DNA of 64,000 nucleotides, taken from positions 128,156 to 192,155 of the forward strand of contig JACPRZ010000063.1 of assembly GCA_016193485.1 (NCBI GenBank). The letters run 5' to 3'. Below, in pieces: positions 27,790 through 37,937 of this stretch. The DNA comes from Bacteroidota bacterium. Its GTDB lineage: Bacteria > Bacteroidota > Bacteroidia > JACPRZ01. How positions within the stretch are numbered: position 1 is the stretch's first letter; each line of letters opens with the position of its first letter. Below the pieces are notes generated by a model that was not told where the DNA came from, did no database searches, and saw only the letters and a program-made list of their open reading frames with translations. The position numbers and the translations under genes were made by a program.

Positions 27790-29445
27790 ATGCAATCAAA
27801 AATTTTTATCCCACTTCTCATACTTCCCCTGCAATTAATTTCAGGATCCAATGAGACGGTACAGGAAGTCAGCACCCAGGTGAAGTCGGTGATCATTTAC
27901 CTTGACGGAGCCGAACTGGCACATTCGGCCCAGGTAAATCTTGAAGTTGGCAGGAACCGCGTTATTTTTACGGGACTTTCGCCAAAATTAGTTTCAAAAA
28001 GCGTACAGGTAACAGCGCCCGAAGCGGTTACTGTTTTGTCAGTTTCAGACCGCATCAATTACCTTGCAAAGCAACTGGAAAACCAGCGGATCAAACAACT
28101 GAAGGATTCGGTGAACTTTCTTAAAGAAAATCTCGTTCAACTGAAAGATGACCGCGATGCGTATGAGACCGAAAAAAAAATGCTTATCGTTAACCAGTCC
28201 ATTGGCGGGCAGGATAAAGGGGTAGCGATGGCGGAACTGAAAATTGCTGCCGATTTCTACCGTTCGCGTATTAAAGAGATCAACAGCGCGGTTTCAAAAA
28301 TAGAAACCCAGGAGAAAAAACAGAGAGAAATTCTCGATAAAGTAACCAGCCAGTTGTATGAATTGAACGCGAAATATAATCCGCCAACTGCCGAGGTATC
28401 TATCCTGCTTGCCGTCACTTCGAAAACTGCAGCCACGCTTGAAATCAAATATCTTATCACCGGAGCCGGATGGTCGCCTCTCTACGATCTGCGTGCGGAA
28501 GATGTTGACAAACCCATCGAACTTAAATACCGCGCTAATGTTTTCAATAATTCGGGTTTTGACTGGAATAATGTAAAATTCAAACTCTCTACGGCTGATC
28601 CTATGCAATCCGCTGCACAGCCGCGGCTGGAACCCTGGTATCTTGATTATGAACAACCGGTTTACGGTTACAGTAAAGGCCAATATGACATACAACAGAA
28701 AGAAGGGTATACTCAAAATGTAATCATACCGCAGCAACAATTATTGTATGAAGGAAAAAGCGTAATCATGAAGGATTCTGTAGAATTTGCCGAAATCATG
28801 GTATCGGAACTGAGCGCTGAGTTTGACATTAAAGAACCCTATACCATTCCGTCCGATGCAAAACCATATATTGTGGATATTACCACGCACACTCTTCCTG
28901 CTTCTTACCAGCATTTCAGCGTGCCGAAAATTGACCGCGATGCATTTTTGCTTGCCCGCATAACCGGCTGGGAAGACCTCGACCTGGTAGAAGGTCCGGC
29001 AAAAGTTTACTACGGAAATACATTTGTGGGTAATTCTTACATTTATACACGAAGCGTTGATGATACCTTAAATCTATCTCTTGGCCGTGACGGGAAAATA
29101 CTTGTTACCCGATCCAAACTGAAGGATTTCAGCAGTACAAAATTCATCGGGTCAACAAAAAAAGAGACCTATGCGTATGAAATCGGAGTGAAGAATAACC
29201 GGAAAGGAAATATCAATATTGAAATACAGGACCAGATCCCGATTTCAAAACAAGGTGATATTTCGGTAGAGGTGCTTGAGACATCAGGCGCCAAAACGGA
29301 TGCCGTAACGGGACAACTGACATGGAATTTCAACCTTGCGCCCGGTGAGGCAAAAAAGATAACTTTATCCTTTTCTATAAAATATCCGAAAAATAAAACC
29401 GTTAATACTAAAAGATACAAAAGAAAGATGCGGGCTAATTTTTAA
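27790..29445 (+). CDS. DUF4139/DUF4140 (MuiA-like) protein
   Basis: 551 aa with a signal peptide and the N-terminal YLDGAEL block. The coiled-coil middle and C-terminal beta-rich region match this family's layout. Confidence 0.5.
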   Translation: MQSKIFIPLLILPLQLISGSNETVQEVSTQVKSVIIYLDGAELAHSAQVNLEVGRNRVIFTGLSPKLVSKSVQVTAPEAVTVLSVSDRINYLAKQLENQRIKQLKDSVNFLKENLVQLKDDRDAYETEKKMLIVNQSIGGQDKGVAMAELKIAADFYRSRIKEINSAVSKIETQEKKQREILDKVTSQLYELNAKYNPPTAEVSILLAVTSKTAATLEIKYLITGAGWSPLYDLRAEDVDKPIELKYRANVFNNSGFDWNNVKFKLSTADPMQSAAQPRLEPWYLDYEQPVYGYSKGQYDIQQKEGYTQNVIIPQQQLLYEGKSVIMKDSVEFAEIMVSELSAEFDIKEPYTIPSDAKPYIVDITTHTLPASYQHFSVPKIDRDAFLLARITGWEDLDLVEGPAKVYYGNTFVGNSYIYTRSVDDTLNLSLGRDGKILVTRSKLKDFSSTKFIGSTKKETYAYEIGVKNNRKGNINIEIQDQIPISKQGDISVEVLETSGAKTDAVTGQLTWNFNLAPGEAKKITLSFSIKYPKNKTVNTKRYKRKMRANF

Positions 29446-29507
29446 TTGTTGTTACTGTTATTCAGAATCCATGAAATTTTGGTATGCTCAAATTGAATTC
29501 AGAAAAG

Positions 29508-29568
29508 AGGTATAAGGAATAAGGTATATGGTATATGGGTTCCCTATACCTTATACCCTATACCCTAA
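29508..29568. repeat. GGTATA-based palindromic repeat that forms a hairpin
   Basis: aggtataaggaataaggtatatggtatatggg is followed by its near reverse complement ccctataccttataccctataccc. Confidence 0.6.
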
Positions 29569-29644
29569 ATTTTTGTGCCTTATCCTGAAATCAGTTTGAA
29601 CTTACGATATCTCATAAAGAATCTTACTTAATAATTTAAATCTT

Positions 29645-29893
29645 ATGATTCTCACATTTGAAGAACTCCGCCAGTTAAAAGACAAACTGCCCTCCGGCAG
29701 CATGCAGAAAATTGCCGATGAATTAAAGATTGACGTTCAGCACGTCAGGAATTATTTCGGGGCAGACCACTACTCGCAGAAAAACATTCCGGGCGTACAC
29801 TATGAAAAGGGCGGTCCTGGTGGCGGGATAGTAAAATTGTACGATACTACAATTTATGACTGTGCGCAGAAGATGCTGAAGAACAGGAACTGA
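29645..29893 (+). CDS. hypothetical small protein (82 aa)
   Basis: Intergenic ORF with a good start context and no overlap. No recognisable domain. Confidence 0.4.
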   Translation: MILTFEELRQLKDKLPSGSMQKIADELKIDVQHVRNYFGADHYSQKNIPGVHYEKGGPGGGIVKLYDTTIYDCAQKMLKNRN

Positions 29894-29908
29894 AACTACT
29901 ACATCATT

Positions 29909-32038
29909 TCACTCTTCCACCTTTTCCTGCTTCTTATATTCATCCAGCAGTTTTTCCTGTATTTCGAAAGGAACGGCAGCGTAATGCGAAAACTTTAATG
30001 TGTGGTATGCCCTTCCTTTTGATAGCGATCTCAGCGTTGTGGAATATTTATACAATTCGGCAAGCGGCACCCGCGATTTTATGATCTGGTAACTGCCGTC
30101 AGTATCCATTCCCTGGATGATGGACCTGCGTGTCTGCAGGTCGCGCATCACTTCGCCTATCACATCTTCAGGGGCGAATACTTCCACATCATAAATGGGT
30201 TCGAGGATTTTCGGGTTTGCTTCAAAGAATGCGCCTTTAAACGCTTTCATGCCTGCAATTTTAAAGGAGATATCGTTGGAGTCAACATCATGCATACTTC
30301 CGTCATGAATGCTGACGCGTACATCGCGCACATAAGATCCGGTAAGCGGTCCGACCTCCATTTTTTCCATAATTCCTTTGAGGATGGCAGGCATGAACCG
30401 GGCGTCAATGACCCCGCCAACGATGCAGTTGTTGAAAACTAATTTCCCCCCCCACTGGAGGTCTATGATTTCGGTAGCGCGGACGCTCATACCGGCCGGG
30501 GGAGGCATATTTTCTTTATAGGGTTCCACCAGGAGGTAAACCTCACCGTATTGCCCGGCACCACCGCTCTGTTTCTTGTGGCGGTGATGGCCCTGTGCCT
30601 GCTTCTGGATGGTCTCGCGATAGGGTATGCGCGGTTTAATGTACTCCGGCATAACCTTATTGATATTTTCAAGTTTCCATTTTGCTACCGCAAGGTGCAG
30701 TTCTCCCTGTGCGTTGAGTATGGTTTGCCGCAATTCGCGCGATTGCTCGACAACAAGAGTAGGATCCTCAATACCCATCTGTTTCAGACCGGCAAATATT
30801 TTTTCTTCATCGCCCTGTTTAACCGGGATAATGGCGGTCTGTATTTTATGCAGCGGGAATTGAATCAATTCATATTCCACCGGGAATGGTTTTTCATGGA
30901 GCGTCTGGTTGGTATGGGTGTTTTTCAGTTTTACCGTGGCGCCAATATCACCTGCCAGAAGGGAAGGTACCTCAATGCGCTCTTTTCCGTTCACGATGAA
31001 AATTTTATTCAGATGTTCCGATGAGTAGGTCTTTTCGTTTATCAGGTCCATGCCTACTTTTATTTCGCCCGTGCAGGCCCTGAAAAAGACCATGTCGCCA
31101 AGGTGGGGTTCTACAAGGGTCTTAAAAACAAAAAATGAGCCGGGTTTTTTCTGGTCGCAGGGTATTGTGTCTCCACCTGTGGTTTTTTGCGGCACATCGG
31201 AAGGGATTATTCCGGCATTGCAGAAAAATCCCATCAGCCGGCCGCTTCCCATGTTCCGTTTTGCAGAGAGAGAGAAAACCGGGAAGATATTTCTTGAAGA
31301 AAACGCCTTTTTTAATCCGTTCGCCATTTCATCCTCGCTGAGTTCGCCTTTTTCAAAGTAGAGTTCCATCAGTTTTTCATCGCTTTCGGCCACTGCCTCA
31401 ACCAGGATGCGGTGAAGTTCTTCCGCTTTTTCTTTTTCTGAGGAGGGAATAGCGGTCTTTTCGGGCTTGCCGCCATCGGCAGGGAATTTATACATCGTCA
31501 TGCGCAGCACATCAACAATAGAGTTAAAACCGATGCCCGGATTTACGGGATACTGTATGACCGTTACTTTATTCCCGAACCGGTTCTTCAGTTGTTCAAC
31601 GTTCTTGTCATAATTGCATTTTTCGTGGTCGCACTGGTTTACGGCAAACGCCACGGGCAATCCCGCTTTTACGGTTTTAGGCCAGATGATTTCGGTTCCC
31701 GTTTCAACACCGCTCTGGCTGTTGATGACGATAATACCCTGGTCGCAAACCCGCATGGCGGCCGTGGGTTCACCGGTGAAATCATCGCTGCCGGGCGTAT
31801 CAATAATATTGAGTTTTGTGCCGCGCCAGTCGGTATGCAATATGGACATGGAAACCGAGTACCCGCGCACGTGTTCAATTTCATGGTAATCGGATACCGT
31901 ATTTTTATCTTCAACGGTTCCCCTGCGCTTTATGGCGCCCGATTCGAAAAGCATGGACTCGGCAAGGGTTGTTTTACCCGAATAAGCATGTCCGAGCAAG
32001 ACAATATTGCGTATATCCCGGATAGTATAGGATTTCAT
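29909..32038 (-). CDS. elongation factor G family GTPase (paralog)
   Basis: 709 aa with the G1 GHAYSGKTT and G3 DTPGSDDF motifs. EF-G domains II-V are present, but the sequence is divergent from canonical fusA. Confidence 0.8.
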   Translation of the reverse strand: MKSYTIRDIRNIVLLGHAYSGKTTLAESMLFESGAIKRRGTVEDKNTVSDYHEIEHVRGYSVSMSILHTDWRGTKLNIIDTPGSDDFTGEPTAAMRVCDQGIIVINSQSGVETGTEIIWPKTVKAGLPVAFAVNQCDHEKCNYDKNVEQLKNRFGNKVTVIQYPVNPGIGFNSIVDVLRMTMYKFPADGGKPEKTAIPSSEKEKAEELHRILVEAVAESDEKLMELYFEKGELSEDEMANGLKKAFSSRNIFPVFSLSAKRNMGSGRLMGFFCNAGIIPSDVPQKTTGGDTIPCDQKKPGSFFVFKTLVEPHLGDMVFFRACTGEIKVGMDLINEKTYSSEHLNKIFIVNGKERIEVPSLLAGDIGATVKLKNTHTNQTLHEKPFPVEYELIQFPLHKIQTAIIPVKQGDEEKIFAGLKQMGIEDPTLVVEQSRELRQTILNAQGELHLAVAKWKLENINKVMPEYIKPRIPYRETIQKQAQGHHRHKKQSGGAGQYGEVYLLVEPYKENMPPPAGMSVRATEIIDLQWGGKLVFNNCIVGGVIDARFMPAILKGIMEKMEVGPLTGSYVRDVRVSIHDGSMHDVDSNDISFKIAGMKAFKGAFFEANPKILEPIYDVEVFAPEDVIGEVMRDLQTRRSIIQGMDTDGSYQIIKSRVPLAELYKYSTTLRSLSKGRAYHTLKFSHYAAVPFEIQEKLLDEYKKQEKVEE

Positions 32039-32136
32039 ATAAGAATGATGTTTATCAGGTTAAAGAGAAAATAAGCCATAAAGTTAGAAAAAAAAGAGGC
32101 GCTGGCGTTCCGGATTGAGTAACCTCTTTACTTACC

Positions 32137-32913
32137 CTACCCGAAAATATCATCACCATTTTTTGTTGTAATGCGCGCAACTTCATCAACCGGCATATTT
32201 AAAACTTCCGCTACTTTATTTATCACAAGCACAAGGTATGCACTCTCATTTCTTTTCCCGCGGTAAGGAACCGGTGTGAGATAAGGCGAATCAGTCTCAA
32301 GAACAATATGTTCAATCCCTATTTTCCGTACAACATCAGGCAGAGCAGAATTTTTATAGGTAATAACTCCCCCGATGCCGAATTTAAAATTTCCAAGTGA
32401 AAGAATCCGGGCAGCATCCTCGTATGTACCGGGAAAGCAATGAAAAATACCAAAAATTGAAGGATCGTGTAACGCTTCAAGTATCTCAATGATTTTATGC
32501 AGCGAAGCACGGGAATGAATAATCACCGGCAGTGAATAACGTTTTGCGACATCGCATTGTATTTTGAACGCATCAACCTGCTCATTTATGAATGTTTTAT
32601 CCCAGTAAAAATCCAGCCCAATCTCCCCTACTCCGTAAAATTTTCCACCGGCAAGGTTTTTTTCAACTTCAGCAAGTTCCTCCCTGTAATTTTCTTTCAC
32701 CGAGCATGGGTGCAACCCCATCAAAGGAAAACAGGTCCCGGGATATTTTTTGCAAACATCAAGCAGCGGCACAACGGTAGCGTTGTCAATGTTCGGGAGA
32801 AAAACCCTATTAACTCCCGCAGAAACGGCTCTCTTTATGACTTCATCCCGGTCATTTTTGAAATCCTCAAGGTAGATGTGGGCGTGGGTATCAATAAGCA
32901 TAGATTTTTTCAA
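32137..32913 (-). CDS. TatD family hydrolase
   Basis: 258 aa with the TIM-barrel metal-binding motifs HAH (IDTHAHI) and an IGLD-type block (EIGLDFYWDK). Confidence 0.85.
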   Translation of the reverse strand: MKKSMLIDTHAHIYLEDFKNDRDEVIKRAVSAGVNRVFLPNIDNATVVPLLDVCKKYPGTCFPLMGLHPCSVKENYREELAEVEKNLAGGKFYGVGEIGLDFYWDKTFINEQVDAFKIQCDVAKRYSLPVIIHSRASLHKIIEILEALHDPSIFGIFHCFPGTYEDAARILSLGNFKFGIGGVITYKNSALPDVVRKIGIEHIVLETDSPYLTPVPYRGKRNESAYLVLVINKVAEVLNMPVDEVARITTKNGDDIFG

Positions 32914-33286
32914 TCAGTTGGTTTACTTTTTCTTCAATCAAATCCCTTACTTTAATCCAATCCCGAATTTCCATATTTTTCGGGTCGGGAATATTCCATT
33001 CTTCTCTGTGATTTGCGGGAATATGCGGACAAGCATCACCGCATCCCATAGTAATCACATAATCAAAAAGCAATTCGCGGTATTCTTCAACTGATTTGGA
33101 CTGATGGAGAGACAAATCATACCTTTTCGTTTTCATCGCTTCAATGGCTTTCGGATTTATTTGTCCCGATGGCTTTGAACCTGCACTGAAGGCAACCACT
33201 TTTCCTTTGCCGGTGATCTTTGCAAATGCCTCCGCCATCTGGCTGCGGCAGGAATTTTCAATGCAAACGAATAATATTTTTTTCAC
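32891..33286 (-). CDS. arsC: arsenate reductase (thioredoxin-coupled, LMW-phosphatase fold)
   Basis: P-loop CIENSCRS (Cx5R) and the downstream GCGDACP redox cysteine pair. The likely start is the GTG giving MKKILFVC. Confidence 0.65.
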   Translation of the reverse strand: MKKILFVCIENSCRSQMAEAFAKITGKGKVVAFSAGSKPSGQINPKAIEAMKTKRYDLSLHQSKSVEEYRELLFDYVITMGCGDACPHIPANHREEWNIPDPKNMEIRDWIKVRDLIEEKVNQLIEKIYAY

Positions 33287-33297
33287 GGCACGTTTTA

Positions 33298-33798
33298 TTA
33301 TTTCCTGATTGGCGATTGCCGTTGAAATGGCACCCTCACAGTAAAAAACGATACCTTTTCCAGGATATGGCAACTGTTGCAACTTGCCGCTAACACATTA
33401 AATTCTTTATTAAAGGCAACTGTATCCATGTTCTCAACTGCCTTTTGCATTTCAGGTAAAACACCGGTCAAAAAGTACTCCGCTGATTTTGTCCTCTTTG
33501 GTCTGCGCTGGAGACCATTTTCGATAGTGAGTTTTATTTTCTCCAACTGATATTTTGCGCATTCCCAGTTTTCGTCTTGCCCGGCCCAATAAAGTTCCTG
33601 GTAGCGATACCCTGTCTCAATCATTGCGATGTCAAGTCCGCGAAATTGTCTCTCAATGGTCTTTAATTTTTCTTCATCTGTTCCTGTTATCCAGTCCCCT
33701 TGTATTGAATCCCTGTCCAGATGGCTGCATGACCGAACAATTATCGCAGCCAGCGCCAGGGTGCATAATCCGGTTACAATTAAATATTTTATTTTCAT
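33298..33798 (-). CDS. periplasmic class-II c-type cytochrome (cytochrome c-prime/c556-like four-helix bundle)
   Basis: Signal peptide and a single CxxCH heme motif (ASCNSCH) about 25 aa from the C-terminus, within a ~140-aa predicted helical protein. Its ATG overlaps the upstream stop in an ATGA arrangement. Confidence 0.5.
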   Translation of the reverse strand: MKIKYLIVTGLCTLALAAIIVRSCSHLDRDSIQGDWITGTDEEKLKTIERQFRGLDIAMIETGYRYQELYWAGQDENWECAKYQLEKIKLTIENGLQRRPKRTKSAEYFLTGVLPEMQKAVENMDTVAFNKEFNVLAASCNSCHILEKVSFFTVRVPFQRQSPIRK

Positions 33799-34544
33799 CG
33801 TTTGCGTATCAATTCAAGAATTCCGGTAATAAACGTCAACGGATGAACGGGATTACCGGGAACAAATAAATCAATTTTGTGCATAGTTAAAAAATTCCTG
33901 TTCAGGGCCGGACTGCCGTCAAAAATTCCCCCGCTGATGGCATCTGTTCCCGCAAGAATGATGATTTTCGGTTCGGGAATCGCATCGTAACAGATCTGCA
34001 GCGGCACCGCCATATTCTCTGTGATGGGTCCCGTGATTACAATTCCGTCTGAATGGCGCGGAGAAGCCACAAACTCAATTCCATATCGGCCCATATCGAA
34101 GTTCACATTTCCGCAGGCATTTAATTCCAGTTCACAACTGTTGTCTCCACCTGCCGAAACCTGTCTTAACTTTATTGAGCCGCTGAAGTACTTTGAGATC
34201 TCTGTCCGGATAATATCAGGATTTAACTCAATGGTTTTATCTTCACCATCCTTAGTGATCAGCCGTTCTCTTTCGTTGGTAGAAATTTTATAGTCAGTTG
34301 TAAATTTGATTTTATCGGGAAAAGCAAATGCACATTCTCCGCAAAAAGCGCACCTGCCCAGATCAATGCACACCGGGCTTCCCGTAATGGCCTCAGTCGG
34401 ACATAACTCAACCAGCGCATTTTCATCTATTGTTTCTTTTGAAATGACAGGCCTTCCCCTGAAAATTCCCGGAACTTTGGCATGAGTTACATCCGGGATA
34501 TATTGCTTTCCCTGGCGGAGAAGTATTTTTATATTATCAATCAT
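33795..34544 (-). CDS. Group-4 hydrogenase/complex-I-like fusion of a ferredoxin domain (HycF/NuoI-like) with a small subunit (HycG/NuoB-like). Canonical Fe-S ligands are mostly missing.
   Basis: FVASPRHSDGIVITGPIT and ILAGTDAISGGIF align to the NuoB/HycG core. The N-terminal domain keeps one CxxCxxC plus a CP. Confidence 0.6.
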   Translation of the reverse strand: MIDNIKILLRQGKQYIPDVTHAKVPGIFRGRPVISKETIDENALVELCPTEAITGSPVCIDLGRCAFCGECAFAFPDKIKFTTDYKISTNERERLITKDGEDKTIELNPDIIRTEISKYFSGSIKLRQVSAGGDNSCELELNACGNVNFDMGRYGIEFVASPRHSDGIVITGPITENMAVPLQICYDAIPEPKIIILAGTDAISGGIFDGSPALNRNFLTMHKIDLFVPGNPVHPLTFITGILELIRKR

Positions 34545-34558
34545 GCTTCCGGGTTAAT

Positions 34559-34927
34559 TTATTTTTTAAACATGAAATATACCGCCAGAACCAGGAAAAT
34601 AAATCCGATGAAATGGTTCATCTTCAATGTTTCATTGTTAAAAAACACCAGGGAGAATAAAACAAAAACCATCAATGTAATTACTTCCTGGATTACCTTT
34701 AGTTCCACAAGAGAAAATGGCCCTCCGAATTCCTTATAACCCAGTCGGTTTGCCGGAATCTGAAAACAGTATTCAAAAAAGGCGATTCCCCAACTGATGG
34801 CAATGACACCTGCAATACTCATGTTCTCAAACCAATTCATTTCCCGGAATTTTAAATGACCATACCACGCTAAAGTCATGAAGGAGTTGGACAGAAGCAG
34901 CAAAAGAATAGTCAGAAGTGGTTTCAT
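34559..34927 (-). CDS. small 4-TM membrane protein (DUF486/DMT-like)
   Basis: 122-aa hydrophobic ORF embedded between the large- and small-subunit genes. Confidence 0.45.
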   Translation of the reverse strand: MKPLLTILLLLLSNSFMTLAWYGHLKFREMNWFENMSIAGVIAISWGIAFFEYCFQIPANRLGYKEFGGPFSLVELKVIQEVITLMVFVLFSLVFFNNETLKMNHFIGFIFLVLAVYFMFKK

Positions 34928-34939
34928 AAATTTTATTTA

Positions 34940-36439
34940 TTAAAGGTCATGTCCGCAATAACTCAGATTAAAACTCTTGTTGCATACCGGGAAGTCGGAA
35001 ATTTCATTGTTGCGCACCGCCAATGCAAGCGCCAGCCAGTTATGAAAGGAAGGGTCTTTTACCTTGTAGTGTACAAGGTTCCCGTTTTCACCGGTGATTG
35101 CGCAATGACAAATTTCCCCTCTCCATCCTTCCACTAATGAAATGCCGAACAAATCGGGAGCGGGAAATGATAATTCTTTTCTTTTTTTATTTTCAGGTGG
35201 AATACTTTTTATCATGTTCCTTATAATCTCTATGGATTGTAATATCTCTTCTTTACGGATCTGCGTACGCGAATAAACATCACCATAATGTTTAATTACC
35301 GGTTCGTGATTCATTCTTTCGTACCAATCGTGCGGATGTGATACCCGTATATCCCTGGGTATTCCCGACATCTTTGCCGCCATGCCGACAGTCCCGATAG
35401 AAGCCGCCTGTTCTTTTGTCACCGTTCCGGTTTTTTCCAGGCGCGCCAATACGCTGGGGAGCGTCTTGAATTCGTCATACATTTCTATAAAATCCCGTTC
35501 GTATTCATCAAACAAACGTTTCAATGGGTCTCCCAATTGTTTTGTGAACGGGTAATTATTTTTTCCCGCCCTGATTAATCCTTTGCCCAATCGGTTTCCG
35601 CACCAACGCTGAAAATAATTGATAACCGGTGTGCGCAGTCGTCCAAAAACAGCGCTTCCGAGTTGATACGCAATATCGGTGCAAAGTGCGCTTAAGTCGC
35701 CCGTATGAATCGCTATTCGCTCCAGTTCCAATGCCAGCGTCCGTGAAAATTGCAAGTGATCCTCCGCGTCATAGTTGCATAAACTTTCCCAAAGGTTTAC
35801 GAAAGCAGTAGTATGCCCGGCTACGGTATCTCCTGCAATGGATTCTGCAAAGTGGGTACGTTGTAAAAGATTATTCTTTTTCAAAAATAATTGCTCGGTT
35901 CCTCTGTGCTGGTAGCCCAATTGAATTTCAAGGTGAAGAATCTGCTCTCCATCGCAGATAAACCGGAAATGTCCCGGCTCTATGATTCCCGCATGAATGG
36001 GACCAACGCCCACTTCATGCACTTCCTCGCTTTCTATGGCATAGAAAGGATAATTCTCGATGCGGGAATTTTTATCTGCACGGCTGAAAGGATAACGCAC
36101 GGGCTTAAGCCAGGGGTGGTCGGAATATTTTATTCCGAAGTTTTCATGGATTTCTCTTTCAAAAAGATGAAATGCAAGATGGTGATGTGTGAAAGAAGGG
36201 AGAACAGAATTGAAATTTATGACAGAGGAAGAAATGGTTATCAAATGTTCCCGGTCATTCGCTATGCAACAGATTAGTATTAACTGATCGCGGTGAGGAT
36301 ATCCGAAATAATTAACGCAATGACAACTTTCATCCTGAAGCAAGGAAATACTCTGCTCCAGCAAATCCTCGTAATTCAGAAGCGGAATATCCCAAAGGGA
36401 AACGGTACTGTTATTTTTTATGCGTATATGTTTTATCAT
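34940..36439 (-). CDS. Group-4 hydrogenase large-subunit / NuoC-NuoD-like fusion that lacks [NiFe]-binding cysteines
   Basis: GPIHAGIIEPGHFRF...LGYQHRGTEQ and a NuoC-like N-terminal domain. AESIAGDTVAGH occupies the position of ERICGICxxxH, and there is no C-terminal DPCxxC. Confidence 0.65.
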   Translation of the reverse strand: MIKHIRIKNNSTVSLWDIPLLNYEDLLEQSISLLQDESCHCVNYFGYPHRDQLILICCIANDREHLITISSSVINFNSVLPSFTHHHLAFHLFEREIHENFGIKYSDHPWLKPVRYPFSRADKNSRIENYPFYAIESEEVHEVGVGPIHAGIIEPGHFRFICDGEQILHLEIQLGYQHRGTEQLFLKKNNLLQRTHFAESIAGDTVAGHTTAFVNLWESLCNYDAEDHLQFSRTLALELERIAIHTGDLSALCTDIAYQLGSAVFGRLRTPVINYFQRWCGNRLGKGLIRAGKNNYPFTKQLGDPLKRLFDEYERDFIEMYDEFKTLPSVLARLEKTGTVTKEQAASIGTVGMAAKMSGIPRDIRVSHPHDWYERMNHEPVIKHYGDVYSRTQIRKEEILQSIEIIRNMIKSIPPENKKRKELSFPAPDLFGISLVEGWRGEICHCAITGENGNLVHYKVKDPSFHNWLALALAVRNNEISDFPVCNKSFNLSYCGHDL

Positions 36440-36441
36440 AT

Positions 36442-37875
36442 TTAATGCGGCAGAGTAATGATTGCCGCATGAATAAGATTGACCAACTCAACAGGAGGAT
36501 AAATACCAAGATAGAATACCATTCCCAAAAGAGCCCATTGTGAAAGCGATTCTGCCGGTTTGATTTTTTCCTCCGGAACATTTCCATAGGGGGGGGAGAA
36601 TATCAGGCGAAAAAAATTTTTTCCCAGAGCCCACACTGAAAAAGTGAGAAGCACGAGTAAAAGAATCAACAGCATGAAATATCCTTTTTCTGCCATTGCC
36701 TTAAGGATCATGAATTCGCTGACGAACAAGCCCGATGGGGGCATTGCGGTAATGCAGACAAAAAGGAGCAGCATAATTATTGCCCCGGAATTATAATAAT
36801 GAAAATATCCACCCGTCCTTCTGATAAGATAATTATTAAAGATGCGATAGACCTGTTGTATCTGGTAGAACATCCCCGCTTTCGTGAACGAATGGAATAT
36901 TAAATGGAGAAATGCCGCATAATATCCAATGCCCCCGGTGCCAAGACCGATCGCGACAATCCCCATATTTTCCAAACTGGAATAAGCAAACATTCTCTTA
37001 AAATGCCTGACACGGATAAGATATACAACGGCAACAAAAACAGATAAAATGCCTGCAACGAGCAGAATGTAATTTGCCCAGGTGGCAATGGATGTCGGAG
37101 CAATCACGGAATAGAATCGGAAGATCGCCATAAATCCTACATTCATCAGCGTAGTTGAAATAAACGCGCTGATGGGTGGAGGGGCAACGGTATGCGCATC
37201 CACGCAAACGGTATGCATGGGAAATAATCCCATTTTGGCGCTGTAACCAATCAGCACGAAAAGAAATGCCAGTTTGAGCCAAAAGGGATTGAACGCAACC
37301 GCGTTGTGAATAAGGGATGAATAGGTAAGATTTATGGTAGCGGCTTCTTGTGCTGCTATGCTCAGAAGGAGAATCCCGATGAACGAAAATGCAAGCGCAA
37401 CGGAACAGACAAAAAGATACTTCCATGCCGCTTCAATGGCATATTCTGTCCGTTCATGATAAATGAGCACTGTAGCGGCAAAGGTGGTGAGTTCTACAAA
37501 TACCCAGGTAACGCCAATATGACTGGAAAGAAAAGCGCCCGTTTGCGCCACGATCAGCAGACAAAATGCGGCATAATAAATTGACTTGGCGCGGTGCGGA
37601 GTGGTATGATGCCGGTGGTGATATTCAAGGTATCCCGCGCTGTGATACGAAGAAGCGGAGGAAAGAACAGCCAGCACAAGCAACATAATCATTGCCGCTC
37701 CATCAGGGATAAAATAGCTAAGTTCTTCCCTGTTCAAATGCAGATACGCATAAACCGTTAAACCCCATTGCAGAGCATTGAAAAGCATCAGCAAAATATG
37801 ATGCAATATCTTACTCCGCGTAAAAAATAAACTCCCTATAAGAGCGATGGCGATGATAAAATAATAAATGATCAT
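36442..37875 (-). CDS. HyfF/NuoN-like proton-pumping antiporter-type membrane subunit
   Basis: 477-aa polytopic protein of the NuoL/M/N-Mrp family. Confidence 0.6.
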   Translation of the reverse strand: MIIYYFIIAIALIGSLFFTRSKILHHILLMLFNALQWGLTVYAYLHLNREELSYFIPDGAAMIMLLVLAVLSSASSYHSAGYLEYHHRHHTTPHRAKSIYYAAFCLLIVAQTGAFLSSHIGVTWVFVELTTFAATVLIYHERTEYAIEAAWKYLFVCSVALAFSFIGILLLSIAAQEAATINLTYSSLIHNAVAFNPFWLKLAFLFVLIGYSAKMGLFPMHTVCVDAHTVAPPPISAFISTTLMNVGFMAIFRFYSVIAPTSIATWANYILLVAGILSVFVAVVYLIRVRHFKRMFAYSSLENMGIVAIGLGTGGIGYYAAFLHLIFHSFTKAGMFYQIQQVYRIFNNYLIRRTGGYFHYYNSGAIIMLLLFVCITAMPPSGLFVSEFMILKAMAEKGYFMLLILLLVLLTFSVWALGKNFFRLIFSPPYGNVPEEKIKPAESLSQWALLGMVFYLGIYPPVELVNLIHAAIITLPH

Positions 37876-37937
37876 TTTTCAGGGCATGATAATCAAATGA
37901 CTCATCGTGCAAATTCAGGTTGATTTTGTTATTCGTT

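Noticed and set aside
33287-33382. The N-terminal extension of the arsC ORF (MQQLPYPGKGIVFYCEGAISTAIANQEIIKRAV).
   Set aside because: It overlaps the 3' end of the cytochrome gene. LMW-phosphatase/ArsC proteins begin immediately before the CX5R P-loop, and a GTG giving MKKILFVC is available.
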